DNA of 64,000 nt from the human T2T-CHM13v2.0 reference genome, Homo sapiens. Both the position numbers and the translations under genes were made by a program. This document shows positions 1 to 61,965 of this stretch, in pieces. Numbering within the stretch: the first letter of the stretch is position 1; each line of letters opens with the position of its first letter. The stretch lies in the NCBI RefSeq assembly GCF_009914755.1, contig NC_060927.1; one strand, given 5' to 3'. A model generated the notes under the pieces. That model was given only the letters and a program-made list of their open reading frames with translations. It did no database searches and was not told where the DNA came from.

Positions 1-5304
<5,304 letters not shown>

Positions 5305-5950
5305 TACTGCTCAACACAGCCCAACCTATAGTGCCCTGTGACTTCTCTCCTCCCCTTTGCTCACTGTCCTGGAGTGGCACCGGCCTCTGCACTGACTCAT
5401 TTCTGGTCTTGGGGCCAGTCTCAGGGGAAGCTGGGTGGGGGAGGTCCCTCCTGCCCTAAGTGCAGCTGGACTGTACAGAACACTCCAAGGGCCAATGGCA
5501 GTTCAGCGCAAGGAGAGGGAGGGCCCACAGGTCAGAAAAAGCTCCAGAGACCTCACAGCATTGTAGGGCGGGGTGGTGGGCCAAAGTTAGGACACTGCGT
5601 AAAACAGGCCATCCCACCACCTCTACCTGCTCATGCCAGGAGAATCCATAACTGCCTAGAGGCCTGGGGCCCCTACCGGTCGTGAGGTGAGTGGGCATCT
5701 GTCCAGCCTGGAAGAGGGGCACTAGGTGACTCCCTCCCCTGCTGTTGTAAATACTGTAATTATCGGAGAATTTAAATTATTCTCATTTGTAACTGCGTTT
5801 CCGGGTCGCGCCAGAGTCATTTGGTACTAAAAAAAAAAAAAAAAAAGACTGGGGGCTGTCCCCATTTCCCTTCTCTTTCCCATAGATTCCCCCACCTTTC
5901 AAACTGGTTTGTATTTATTTCAAAGGAAGAAAATATATTGATTCTTAGAA

Positions 5951-5956
5951 AATAAA
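5951..5956 (+). terminator. BRPF1: BRPF1 poly(A) signal AATAAA
   Basis: AATAAA about 650 nt after the stop, followed by a T/GT-rich downstream element. Confidence 0.8.
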
Positions 5957-6782
5957 CTGTCAATTTAGAATTCTTTGTTCTTGCCCCCTGCCAGGGCAAA
6001 GGGGATACAAAGGGAGGTTCTGTGCCCCAGGGATGATACATAATTGGGCCCAAGTGGTTGCTGACTGCTGTGCATGCTACATTTCATAAGACACAGCAAA
6101 GAGAGCCCCTGTTGCCCATGCATGGAGTGAGTGGCAGGCCCTGTGTTGAGCACCTTTAGACATTCAGCTTTGCGTAATCCTTGCAATAACTATAGGGTAG
6201 TTTAATAATAGACTGGTTATCTCCACAAAGATGCTGAAGTTTCAAAAAATTATCTTGCCTAAGTTCCTACAACTAGGAAGGTGCAGAGCTAGAATTGGAA
6301 CCCAGGTCTGTTTGCAAACCTGGCTCTTCAACCAGTATGCTGAACTGCCAGGGGAAGAGTCAACTATCGATTCCTACTTGGCCCTTAGAGGCCTCAAGTC
6401 CTTTGCCAGTGGCATGGCCCAAGTGTTTCAGCATCAATACAGCTGAGACCTTCCCCACTGCTTAACCGGAGACAGAGCTGGGATGGAGACGGTTGCTCTT
6501 TGCTCACCCCCAACCTCAGCACCTTCTTTCCAGACTCCACCGACATTTATTGAAGGAATGCCTTCCAAGTGCTAGGCGCCTGTGGGATGGCATGCCTACA
6601 GATAGGAACAGTCACAGGAAGAAGGGGCGGCCCAGGCCTTGCAGCCACTGAGGACTGGCACTGAGACAATGATGGCACTGGTCTGATGTTGATTCCATGC
6701 TGACGGTACACTCCGCTAGGTCTCTGGCTGGGACACAAGGGTCAATCCGCTGCAGATGTTGCTCTTCAAGAATTTGCAGTCT

Positions 6783-7119
<337 letters not shown>

Positions 7120-8241
7120 CTAAAAGGTGAGAATGGCCCAGATAAAGGTCATGTCTCCTAGCTCCCTGCTTTTTCATGCCATCCTCCAGAAGGGAAGAAA
7201 TTAAATAATCCATCCTCCTACTCCAGGCGACTAGAAGGCAGGCTGCCTCAGGGCCACACACTGGGACTTGGACTCAACCTGATGGGCTTCTGGGCCCAGC
7301 CCCAGACAAACCCCCGGCAAACGTCCCATTCCGAGGAAAGCATGAGCAGATGGAGTATGGAAGAAATGCCCAAGACGGCAGGCAGCAGCTGTGGCGGCCG
7401 GCGGGACGACAATCCGAGGAGAGGCCTCTGATGTCCTGAGGTCTCAGAGGACGCCTAAAGGCCTTGAATGGGACAAGCTTAGCGGGCGGGCGCAGAAGAG
7501 AATAATACTCTGGAGACACTTCCCGAGGGCTCTGGGGCCGGAGCTGTGTTCGCTCCGGTTCTTGGTGAAGACAGGGTTCGTGGGAGGCGGCCCAAGGAGG
7601 GCGAACGCCTAAGACTGCAAAGGCTCGGGGGAGAACGGCTCTCGGAGAACGGGCTGGGGAAGGACGTGGCTCTGAAGACGGACAGCCCTGAGGAACCGCG
7701 GGGCGCCCAGATGGAACTCGTTAGCGCCCCGAGTGCAGACAATCCCGGAGGGGGAAAGGCGAGCAGCTGGCAGAGAGCCCAGTGCCGGCCAACCGCGCGA
7801 GCGCCTCAGAACGGCCCGCCCACCCTGATTTCTCATTGGCGCCTCCTACCTCCTCCTCGGATTGGCTACCTCTAGGTGAAATGAGCGGTGGTTGAGCCCT
7901 ACTTCCGGTGGTGCTGTGGTCTGCCCCTGGAGAACCCAGAAGAACACAGCTGTGCGCGCCCACAGGCTCTGGGGGCGGGAGAAGATAAGTCGCAAGGAGG
8001 GGGCGGGACCTACACCTCAGGAAAGCCGGAGAATTGGGGCACGAAGCGGGGCTTTGATGACCCGCAAAGGGCGAGGCATGCAGGAGGTGGAGGAATTAAG
8101 TGAAACAGGGAAGGTTGTTAAACAGCACCGTGTGGGCGAGGCCTTAAGGGTCGTGGTCCTTGTCTGGGCGGGGTCTTTGGGCGTCGACGAGGCCTGGTTC
8201 TGGGTAGGCGGGGCTACTACGGGGCGGTGCCTGCTGTGGAA

Positions 8242-15106
<6,865 letters not shown>

Positions 15107-15317
15107 ATGGGGCACCCTGGACAAAGAAATTCCCCAAGCACCTTCCCCTCCATTCCCCACTTCTCTCTCCCCATCCCCACCCAGTCTCATGTTGGGGAGG
15201 GGCCTCCCTGTGACTACCTCAAAGGCCAGGCACCCCCAAATCAAGCAGTCAGTTTGCACAACAAGATGGGGTGGGGGATATTGAGGGAGACAGCGCTAAG
15301 GATGGTTTTATCTTCCC

Positions 15318-15323
15318 TTTATT
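15318..15323 (-). terminator. CAMK1: CAMK1 poly(A) signal (TTTATT on +)
   Basis: AATAAA on the - strand about 170 nt after the CAMK1 stop. Confidence 0.8.
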
Positions 15324-15335
15324 ACAAGAAGGAAC

Positions 15336-15341
15336 AATAAA
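15336..15341 (+). terminator. OGG1: OGG1 type-1 poly(A) signal AATAAA
   Basis: First AATAAA seen after the exon 7 stops. Confidence 0.8.
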
Positions 15342-15494
15342 ATAGAAACATTTGTATGGAAAATGCAGTGAGGAGTGGTAGGGAAGCAGGTGAGGAGGGG
15401 ACAGGGCAGAGAAACTCCCGGTTCAGGGAGGGAAGGGGAGCAGGCTGCCCCCAAGCCCTCCCACGCAGAGGATCATGACCCGAGGTCCAGGGCC

Positions 15495-25812
<10,318 letters not shown>

Positions 25813-26889
25813 TCATTCAACCTGCATTTATTCATCCTTGATTCATCCATTTGACAAAATCATTCAACAAACATTCATTTGTTTATTCAACATTCAGCAA
25901 ATTCTCATGCCTAGAGAAAAACCTTTCACAGTGGCAGCAAAATTCTTTATTTAACAAAGTCATGCATTCATTCATTCATTTATTCTAGTTCTCTTCCCAG
26001 TTTTCCCCCTATCCAAATCCAAGCACCTAGGGAAACCCTGACTTCTGGCAGTACAACAGATAAACCCCCAGAGCAGCTGGTAGAAGCCTGGAGGATCCCC
26101 CTGTCCCCAGAACCAGTGATGTCCCCGCCCCACCCTGGGGATTGCTGGGGTGTCTCCTTTCCCTCCTCCTTCCCCCGACTCCCCGGCCTCTCCGAAATCA
26201 GGTTTCCAGCAGCCTGGGCTTCCAGCAACATCTCAGCCACATTTTTAAATAGCTCTTTCTGCACTGTTACCACAGCAACAACAGCCACAGCTGGAGCTCC
26301 CCAGACCTCTCCCTCCTGACTCCCCATCTGGGTCCCGGGAGCATGAGAAATGGTCCTGCTCACTCTGTCCCTTCCTGGCCCCATCTAACCCTATCCAGCC
26401 TGGCCCTTCCTCTGCTGAGGTCTGTCTCATCCAGCAGGAGAGGGTGGGAGTTCTCTCCCATTTATCAGATGAAGAATGGGGAGACTGAGGTTGGAGTTAG
26501 GTAGAGGCTGGCTCCAGAGGCCCTAATGACACCTGGCCTGGGGCCCCCAGCTAAGCTTGCTGAGGGCAAAGGCCATCGAATGGCCTTGGCTGGTACTTCC
26601 AATATGAAGCCAGAATGGGCCCCATTCAGAGAACACAGCCTCCCAACCCATCCACAGATGAGGCCAAAACAGAGCCCAGCATGCTTTGTGACCTCAGGGA
26701 GAGCACTTTCCTTCTCTCTTTTTCTCTAAGGGAGAATGAGGAGAAGGTGCCCTGACTAGGGCCTCTGGTGTGAGATTCCACTCCTGGAACAGGACCTTTT
26801 TCCCAGGGGACTCTGCCCACCCATCCAGGGGCAGAATCTTCTAGGAAAGGAGACTCGAGTGTAAGCTCTAGAGGCAGAGTCTGAAACCC

Positions 26890-27500
26890 ACATGGAGGCC
26901 TACCAAATACAACCCTCACAGATCCACACACATCCCTGTAGCAGACATGCCACACCAAGCCCCCTCCACAGCCCTGAACTCAAACACCTGCCTCCCAGAT
27001 CCAGTACGCCTTGTATCCACATCCCGTGACACCTGATCATACATGTACTCCCAGACATCAGCACACATGTCCACACCACACAGTGCCCCAGACAGCCCTG
27101 CACCCGAACACCTGCCTGTCCATCCAAACATCCCTCACCCAGCTCCCTCTTACACCCCAAAACACACATCCACCCGCACCCACACAAGATGACACCCAGA
27201 CACACACACACACACCCTCATATACCAGACGTACCCTACACCCTCCAGCTCCTCTACCCCATCCCCTGGAAGCTCCTGTATTCCAAACCAAACCCCAAGT
27301 CCTTACACACCTAACTCCAAACATCCTCAGTACACAATTGTACACCCCCTCCTAACTCTGACTTAAGACCCTGAGAGCCAAATACCAGCACACAAAACAC
27401 GTGGACACCCCTCTGGAACAAAAAACACACAGATTCCCAGATCCTCCACCCATGTCTGACCCACACGCCTGTCCTAAGACAGTACACTCCGCAAGCCCCC
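26890..27500. repeat. CA-rich low-complexity tract (GT-rich on the CAMK1 sense strand)
   Basis: Strong C/A bias with many cacac/ccac units. Confidence 0.7.
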
Positions 27501-27669
27501 CCACCCCATGGATACCTCCAAATGCCCACGCCCTTCCAGTCAGGCCCAGCTGAAGGCGCTCACACAGGCCCCCTTCTCTATTACCCACTCAGTGTCCCAT
27601 AGGCCCGCCTGGCACCTGCTGGGCCTGGGACAGAGGTGGAGAAAGGCCCAGCCCTGCCCCTCAGGGTCC

Positions 27670-28100
27670 AGCCCGCCCGGGAGAGTGCCCAGTGGCCACT
27701 CCTTGGGAAAGGATACCCAGAGGCTAGGGGCTCCCACCGCCCCCACGCAGCGCCCAGGGGTGCAGGGATGGGGGGCCCGGCTGTACCTGCGGCTGCCCCG
27801 CCGCGGGGCTGGCTGGGAGGCCCGCGGTGGTTGGCGCCGAGCTGTGGCCGCGGTCCTCACCGCTGCGTGCCTGGGCCACCCGCCCGCGCTCTTGCTGGAG
27901 CTGGGGCTCGGCTCGGCTCGGCGGCTCTCTCCGCCCGCCTGCGGCTCTGATGTCAGTGGAGGTGGAGCCTGCGGCGGAGGGACCCGGGATTGGGAGGCGA
28001 GGCACCGCTCCAAGGCTGGGGAAGGGGCACGGGTGGAGGCCATCTCCCTGCTTCTGGTCAGAGATCTCCTGCTGGACGCTTCCCGCCCTTGGTCTTAAGC
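27670..28100 (-). promoter_or_regulatory. CAMK1: CAMK1 CpG-island promoter and non-coding exon 1 (about 27787-27940)
   Basis: CpG-rich; - strand donor CAG|gtacag at 27787/27786; (GGCTC)n; CRE-like TGATGTCA 27948-27955. Confidence 0.8.
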
Positions 28101-28673
28101 GGGGTCCATTTCACAGAGGGGACAACTGAGGCCCGGAGAGATGATTTTCAAATCAGCGGGTGGTCGGAAGCAAAGCAGGATTCGAACCCCGTCTGTCTGA
28201 AGCTAGAGGCCGGCCAAACTCACCCTGTGGCCTGGTGGATTTTCTTTCAGACCAGTTCTGCGACCTCCCTTAGGGCTCTGTCTCCCTTCTCCGTGCCCTG
28301 AAGGGAAACAGGCCCTGGAACGGCACGGGAGTCTGGTGGGGGATGGGGGAGTGAGGGAGTGGGGAAGGACCGGGCAAGACTAGGCAATGAAGAGAGTGGA
28401 GGTGGTCGCAGGGTGTGGGCCCCACTTGACAGGTGGGAAGACTGAGGCCCCGGTTCCTCTGCAAGATGGAGCTGAGGCTTCAGCCCCAGACACTTGCTCC
28501 TCAGAGCGGGTGGTGGTGCCTAGAGGTATTGGGGGCAGAGGGAATTGGGGAGGAGGAAGTTAAATCGGGATCCTGAAGGAAACAGGCCAAAAAGGACCGA
28601 GGTGTCACGTGACTGGCGGGGCTCCAGAGTTTGATGGCTGGGGTCCAGGTTAGGGGAGAGAGCCTGCAACTAG

Positions 28674-34641
<5,968 letters not shown>

Positions 34642-36339
34642 TGCAGTCTTCTTATTGCTCTTGCGGCCTAGTGTTTTGATTGTCTGTCTAGTGTGTCCCC
34701 ATTTCTGGAGCCTTAGTCACCTCCATAGCTCTCAGCCATGGTGACAGGGTCACTGAATGAGGGAACAAAAGTATAATGAAGAAGTGGAGGTGTGTGGATG
34801 GAGTGAATAAGTGAATAGGGTAATTAGGTAGGTGAAGAGAAGAAATGGGGAGTTTATTGATACCTAAACGAGTGAGTTACAGTCCACTGGACTTGGTTCT
34901 TTCCATTGAGTCCTGAGCCCCAGGCCAAGAAATAAATTTACTCCCCGACCACATTTCCACAAAGCTCCTGCCATCACTTTCTTTTCAGCAGGAGCCAACT
35001 GGGACCCAGAGCACTTGGTGCCCAGAGTACTCAGGAGCAGACAGGGGCTGGGGACCCACTGTGGGTCAGAGCTCACCCTCCCCGTTCTCACTCACCCTGG
35101 TGTTGCTGAAAGTCAGCTGTAAGGCATTTGGAACTCTGGGGAGACCATGATGTGCAAGACAGATGCTTTCTAGGGCCAAGACACAAAAGGCTTTGCCTCC
35201 AAACTAGTGATAAGGAATCAGAATTGTTTTGTATTAAATTTGGAGACTTGAGGTACTGGAACTAATCCGCCCTCCTCATGACAACCCAGCTTCCTCCACA
35301 CTCATAAAGGAGGCATCTTTTGGCTCCAGCAGACACTGATATGATTGTAAGAACTCTGCCAGGGATGGTGCTACCTGGGGGCAGCAACTATTCCTGCATC
35401 AAGGCTGCATGGCCTCAGCAAGGCACAGCATTTCTTTGAGTCTCTGTGTCATCTGCAGGCTGGAATATTACTCTCCTTGGAGGTGCATGGTAAGCATCAG
35501 ATAGGAGGGGTGGGTAAAGGGCCTGGCACAGTGCCAGGCAGATAGTAGGTATGCAACAGAGAACAGCTAGAGTGCTCATGACTGATCCTTGAAAGTTAAG
35601 TTTCTTCTCTGGTGAACCAGGCCCAGTCGGTCTTCTAGGGTTCTTCTTTCTATTTATATCTGTCTTCCTTCTTTCACAATTCCATCCAATTTTGGGATGT
35701 CAGCTCTCATCCCACCTCCTCCACAAAACTGTCTCTGTTCTTGGAACTCTCTACCAACAACGCCCACCATACTTATGGTGTGGCCCAGTGAACATGGAAG
35801 TGAGTGGTTAAGAGGAGGGGGGTCTTCAAGCAGAGCTGCCATATATGGCTGCACAGGTTGGGCACTGCCCAAGTATAGGGAGTACCATTCACATACACTG
35901 TAATGGGAGTGGGGCCCCAGTGAGTTGTAATGAAGAGGCTCTCTCTGTAAGCCAAATGGCCTGAGTTTGAATGTTGGCTCAACCACTCAATTGCTTGACA
36001 AAGCAAGGTATGTAACCTCCTAAGCCTCAGTTTCCTCATCTGTAAATGGGATGTTATTATGGGGTAGCTGATACCTACCCCATAATATTAGGTAGTTGAA
36101 TGAGTTCAGAACAATGCCTGGTGCATACTAACATTTACTGAGCACTTCATTGCATTATCATTATGATTAGAGTTGGTTTCTCATCATTGCATGTGTGGGT
36201 GTCTTTTCTCTCTGAGAAGGCTGTGAGCAACCTGGGGACAATGAGTCACTGAGAAATTGCAGCAGCTTGGCCCAGCACCTAGTGGGAGGCAGGGCCTCAT
36301 GCTGTCCTCTCTCTCAGGATCCTACTTCATCTTTCTTTT

Positions 36340-36830
36340 TGCCAAAATTCACTTGTAATAGACCTTTTTTAGTTACAAATCACAAAACTCTAAAGCAAAC
36401 TAGTTTAAGCCAAAAGAAGCCTTTGTGGGCTGATATATGTGGGAAGTCTAAGGGAGGATCCGGTGGCTTCAAGAATAGCTGGATGCAGCACTTCTCCATC
36501 TCCTGGCTCTGCTTTTCTGAGCTGGCTTTATTCTCAAGCAGGTTTTTCCCCATGGGAGGAGAGCAGGTCACTGGGGTAGACTGAGTTTATAGTCTATGGC
36601 TTATGGTCCAACAAGAAGTGGAACTCTCCTCTCAGCATCCACAGAGCAATCTTATGGAGGGCCTCGAGTGACCCAGCTTGGGTTACATGCCTGCTTCTGG
36701 GACTAATCATTGTGGCTAGAGGGATTGGCACTTGACTGGCCAAGCTGGGGTCATGTGTGCACCCTAGTTTGGCAGTTGGACAAGAACCATGTGTGATGGG
36801 GAAGGAACATTTCTCCAACAGAGAGGTGCT
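36340..36830 (-). mobile_element. Probable MLT1-type LTR
   Basis: ttagttacaaatcacaaaactc..ggcttcaagaatagctggatgcag..ttgactggccaagctggggtcatgtg resembles reverse MLT1 consensus. Confidence 0.55.
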
Positions 36831-37466
36831 GGGTATACGAGAATGTTGGCCATGTTCGCCCTCCTTCTTTATGGCTCAGTTCATAGGTCACTTCCTTAGG
36901 GAATCTTACCCTCCCTTCTCTCCTGCGTGGACCTCAACCTTCCCACAGTAAATTGCAAATTATTCCCTGATTCTCTCAGACCAGTCTGGGAACAACTTGA
37001 GGCAGGTACCAGAGCATATTTATTCATCTGTGTCCCTTAGGCCAAGCTTCCTGCCCCAGCTGTGGAAGAGACGTTGTCGGTGGTCTATCTAGCACTCACT
37101 TCCCTGTTTCCTACTCAGATCTTGTTGGGTTTTACTCTCTCTCCACCACCTTGATGGAGTAGCAAACTCCACTCTGACTGGCATAAAGCCATTACAGTCT
37201 CCTTTGCCACAGTGACTGAGGAATGGGCATGTGAGACTGAGTTTGGGCCACTGAAACATGATGGTATCTGGGAAAAGGCTTCTTGCTTCTGTAGATGGGC
37301 CATGGAAGCCCGCTGGCTCCGGCTCCCTCCTGTGCTGGATGTAAATGAGGAAGCATCTGGCCCCAACTGCTCCACTGCCACACTACAGCCAGAGAAGGAC
37401 TCACCTTAGGCAGAGGTCGACACTGTGGAGGGCAGTGTGGTGACCCCTAAGAAACCTGGACCCTTG

Positions 37467-37611
37467 GGGGAGGGGGGAGGGAAAGCATTAGGAGATATAC
37501 CTAATGTAAATGACGAGTTAATGGGTGCAGCACACCAACATGGCACATGTATACATATGTAACAAACCTGCACGTTGTACACATGTACCCTAGAACTTAA
37601 ATTAAAAAAAA
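37467..37611 (+). mobile_element. 5'-truncated L1PA 3' end (about 145 bp) with an 18-bp TSD
   Basis: ggggggagggaaagcattaggagatatacctaatgtaaatgacgagttaatgggtgcagcacaccaacatggcacatg...; TSD AAGAAACCTGGACCCTTG at 37449-37466 and 37612-37629. Confidence 0.93.
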
Positions 37612-37945
37612 AAGAAACCTGGACCCTTGATGACCCTGAAGAATTGCTAGATTGGCTAACCGTGAAGGCCACTCTGTCCCAGGACTGCCCATCCTGCAGC
37701 CAACACATTTCCTTACTGTGAATCCACTTTGAGCTGGGGGGGCATTGTTACGTGCAGCCACAAGTATCCTCAGAAAGAGGTACTCAGAAAGTTCTCCCTG
37801 ACTGAATGCCATGGGTTAGTGGCCATGGGCTGAGAGCCACCAAGCATACCCCCCACAAACCTTACCACCCACACTGGTTCCTTCCTCCCCACTGTAACAG
37901 ACATTCAAAGACTGGATGCTTTTTTTGAAAAACCACAGCAGTCAC

Positions 37946-37951
37946 TTTATT
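37946..37951 (-). terminator. TADA3: TADA3 poly(A) signal (TTTATT on +)
   Basis: AATAAA on the - strand about 360 nt after the stop. Confidence 0.8.
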
Positions 37952-38309
37952 CTTAAGTTTGCACTTTACAAAACCACAAGGGAGAAGTCCTTGAAGGGGA
38001 GACAGGGGTAGGGGATTAGGGAGTGGGGGATGGTAAAGAGGGGAAGAGGAAGACCCAGAAACGAAGTCCCCTCCAACCCCATCTCGGGGACCAAGCAGAG
38101 ACTAGGCCTCAGGCTAGCCCAGCAGGGCTTCCTGTGTCCTGGTTGTACAGAGCTAGGCCAAAAGACCTCAGGGGAAGGGCCATGGCCCTCTAGAGACTGC
38201 CGCCATTTGAGGGACAGCCACAGGCCAATGTTTCCTGTGCCCAAAGAAGGAAGTGGGCCTCCCTTCCCCTCCCCTAGGCCAGATAATCAGCCTGAGGCAG
38301 GGGTGAGGG

Positions 38310-49417
<11,108 letters not shown>

Positions 49418-51075
49418 GGCCCAGGATATGGGGATCCTGTGGAGCTGGAGAGGACAGGGCCATTGATGGGAGACAAAGTGGTCTGAGAAAAGCCCAAGGG
49501 CTTCTTACCTCCAGGGACAGCCTCAAGGAAGCCCAGCTTCAGTCCCTTACTGACAAAATTGATGGCACAGTTCCTACTCACAGGGCACTTAACTGGGTAC
49601 CAAGCTAGGTGCAGAGCACTTTATCAGTTTATCTCACTGAATTTCTCACTCAGCACCATGAACAAGGACCATTGTGATCTCGTTTTTACAGAGAAAGAAA
49701 CTGAGACTCTGTAAGGGTGGGTATGTGCCTATGCTTCCAAGATGCAATTTGAACCCCGCTAGTCTTGAGTCTGCACCCTGATCACCATGCTGCTATACTG
49801 CTATGCCTTGCCTCGCCTTTCTGATGCTCTTTCCTTCCCTTCTATTTCTCTTGGGTTCTGCTAAGACTTTGAGTTCCAAGCACCCCATTCTTACCATGTT
49901 CTCTGGGACTCTTGGCCTCTTTTCTTACCCTATTCCACCTTTCTCCCTTCTCTAGTCACTAACAGTGGTTTAGAACGTGGGCTGGTAAGCCAGACAGACC
50001 TGGGTTCAAGCCCAGGCTTTACCATTCTCTACTTATATGCCCCTGAACATGTTATTTGACCTTTTTCAGTCTCAGTTTTTCCATCTGTAAAATGGGGACA
50101 AAAGAAGTCTCGGTCTGTTTCCCCATTAAAAGTCTGAATCTGAAAAATGGGGATAACAATAGTACCTACCTCCCTGGGATGTTCTGAGGATTAAGAGATG
50201 ATGCCCGTCAAGAGCCCAGTTCAGTGTCTGGCACAGAAGTGGGACTGTTTAATGGCTGGCCCCGCCCGGGGGTCGCCCAAATGTCCCGCCTTCAGAGTCC
50301 TCGTTCTCTAGGGACACCCTAGTGCGACCCCCGCCCCCTCTACCTCCTCGCTGCGGCCTCCTACGGCCCCAGGGGCCGCGGGAGGGGGCGGGGAGTTCCG
50401 GTCGATGTGAGCAACCGCCCCGGAACTGGCTATGGGCGGGCCCCTTGCAGTTGACGCGGGGGCGGGGAGTCAGCGAGGGCGAGCCTACTGGAGTTTGCCG
50501 GGGGTGGGAAGAAGGTGGGCCTCGAGCAAAGCCGCTAGAGGTGGGGTGCGGGTGGTCGGCCTCAGGCGAGCCCCGGGGCACAGCCCGGGGCGGGAGGCGG
50601 AGCTTGGCGGCCGAGATCTCCGCGCTGCAGTTAGCCCCGCCGAGCGCCAGGAGCTGCGGGTAGGAGGGGCGAGAGAAAGGATGGGGGTACAGAACCGGAA
50701 GAAACGAAGGGCTCGTCCGCTTCGGCTTGTCCTAATTTGGTGCCCAATCTGAAGCTGGGCTGTACCATTGCATACCTGGGGGAGGCTGTGGCAAAGGTGA
50801 CAAGAAGGCCGAAGGCACAAAGGGAAGCTGCACCCATTCCTGGAGGAGCTTAAATAGTGACTCGAGTGCAAGAATTTAAAAATACCGAGACAGCCCTAGG
50901 TGGAAAACTTCCGGAAGGCCCAAGCGTTCGTAAGGGCTCTCTACCCCGCTCGGAGCATAGATGGTACCGTCCGGAAGTCCGGGCGGAGACCGTAGCTGCG
51001 CTTCTCGCGAAAGGGCAGGCATCGCGGGGCTGGCCACTTCCGTACTTCCGCTTTCCGGCCCAGCCAGCGCCCGCG

Positions 51076-61965
<10,890 letters not shown>

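Noticed and set aside
6546-6551. AATAAA on the - strand between BRPF1 and OGG1
   Set aside because: Lies in catttattga...ccaagtgctagg, typical of an old L2/MIR end; no exon structure supports a transcript.
27508-28098. 196-aa ORF and overlapping ORFs at the CAMK1 promoter
   Set aside because: Stop-poor GC-rich CpG island; no recognisable protein.
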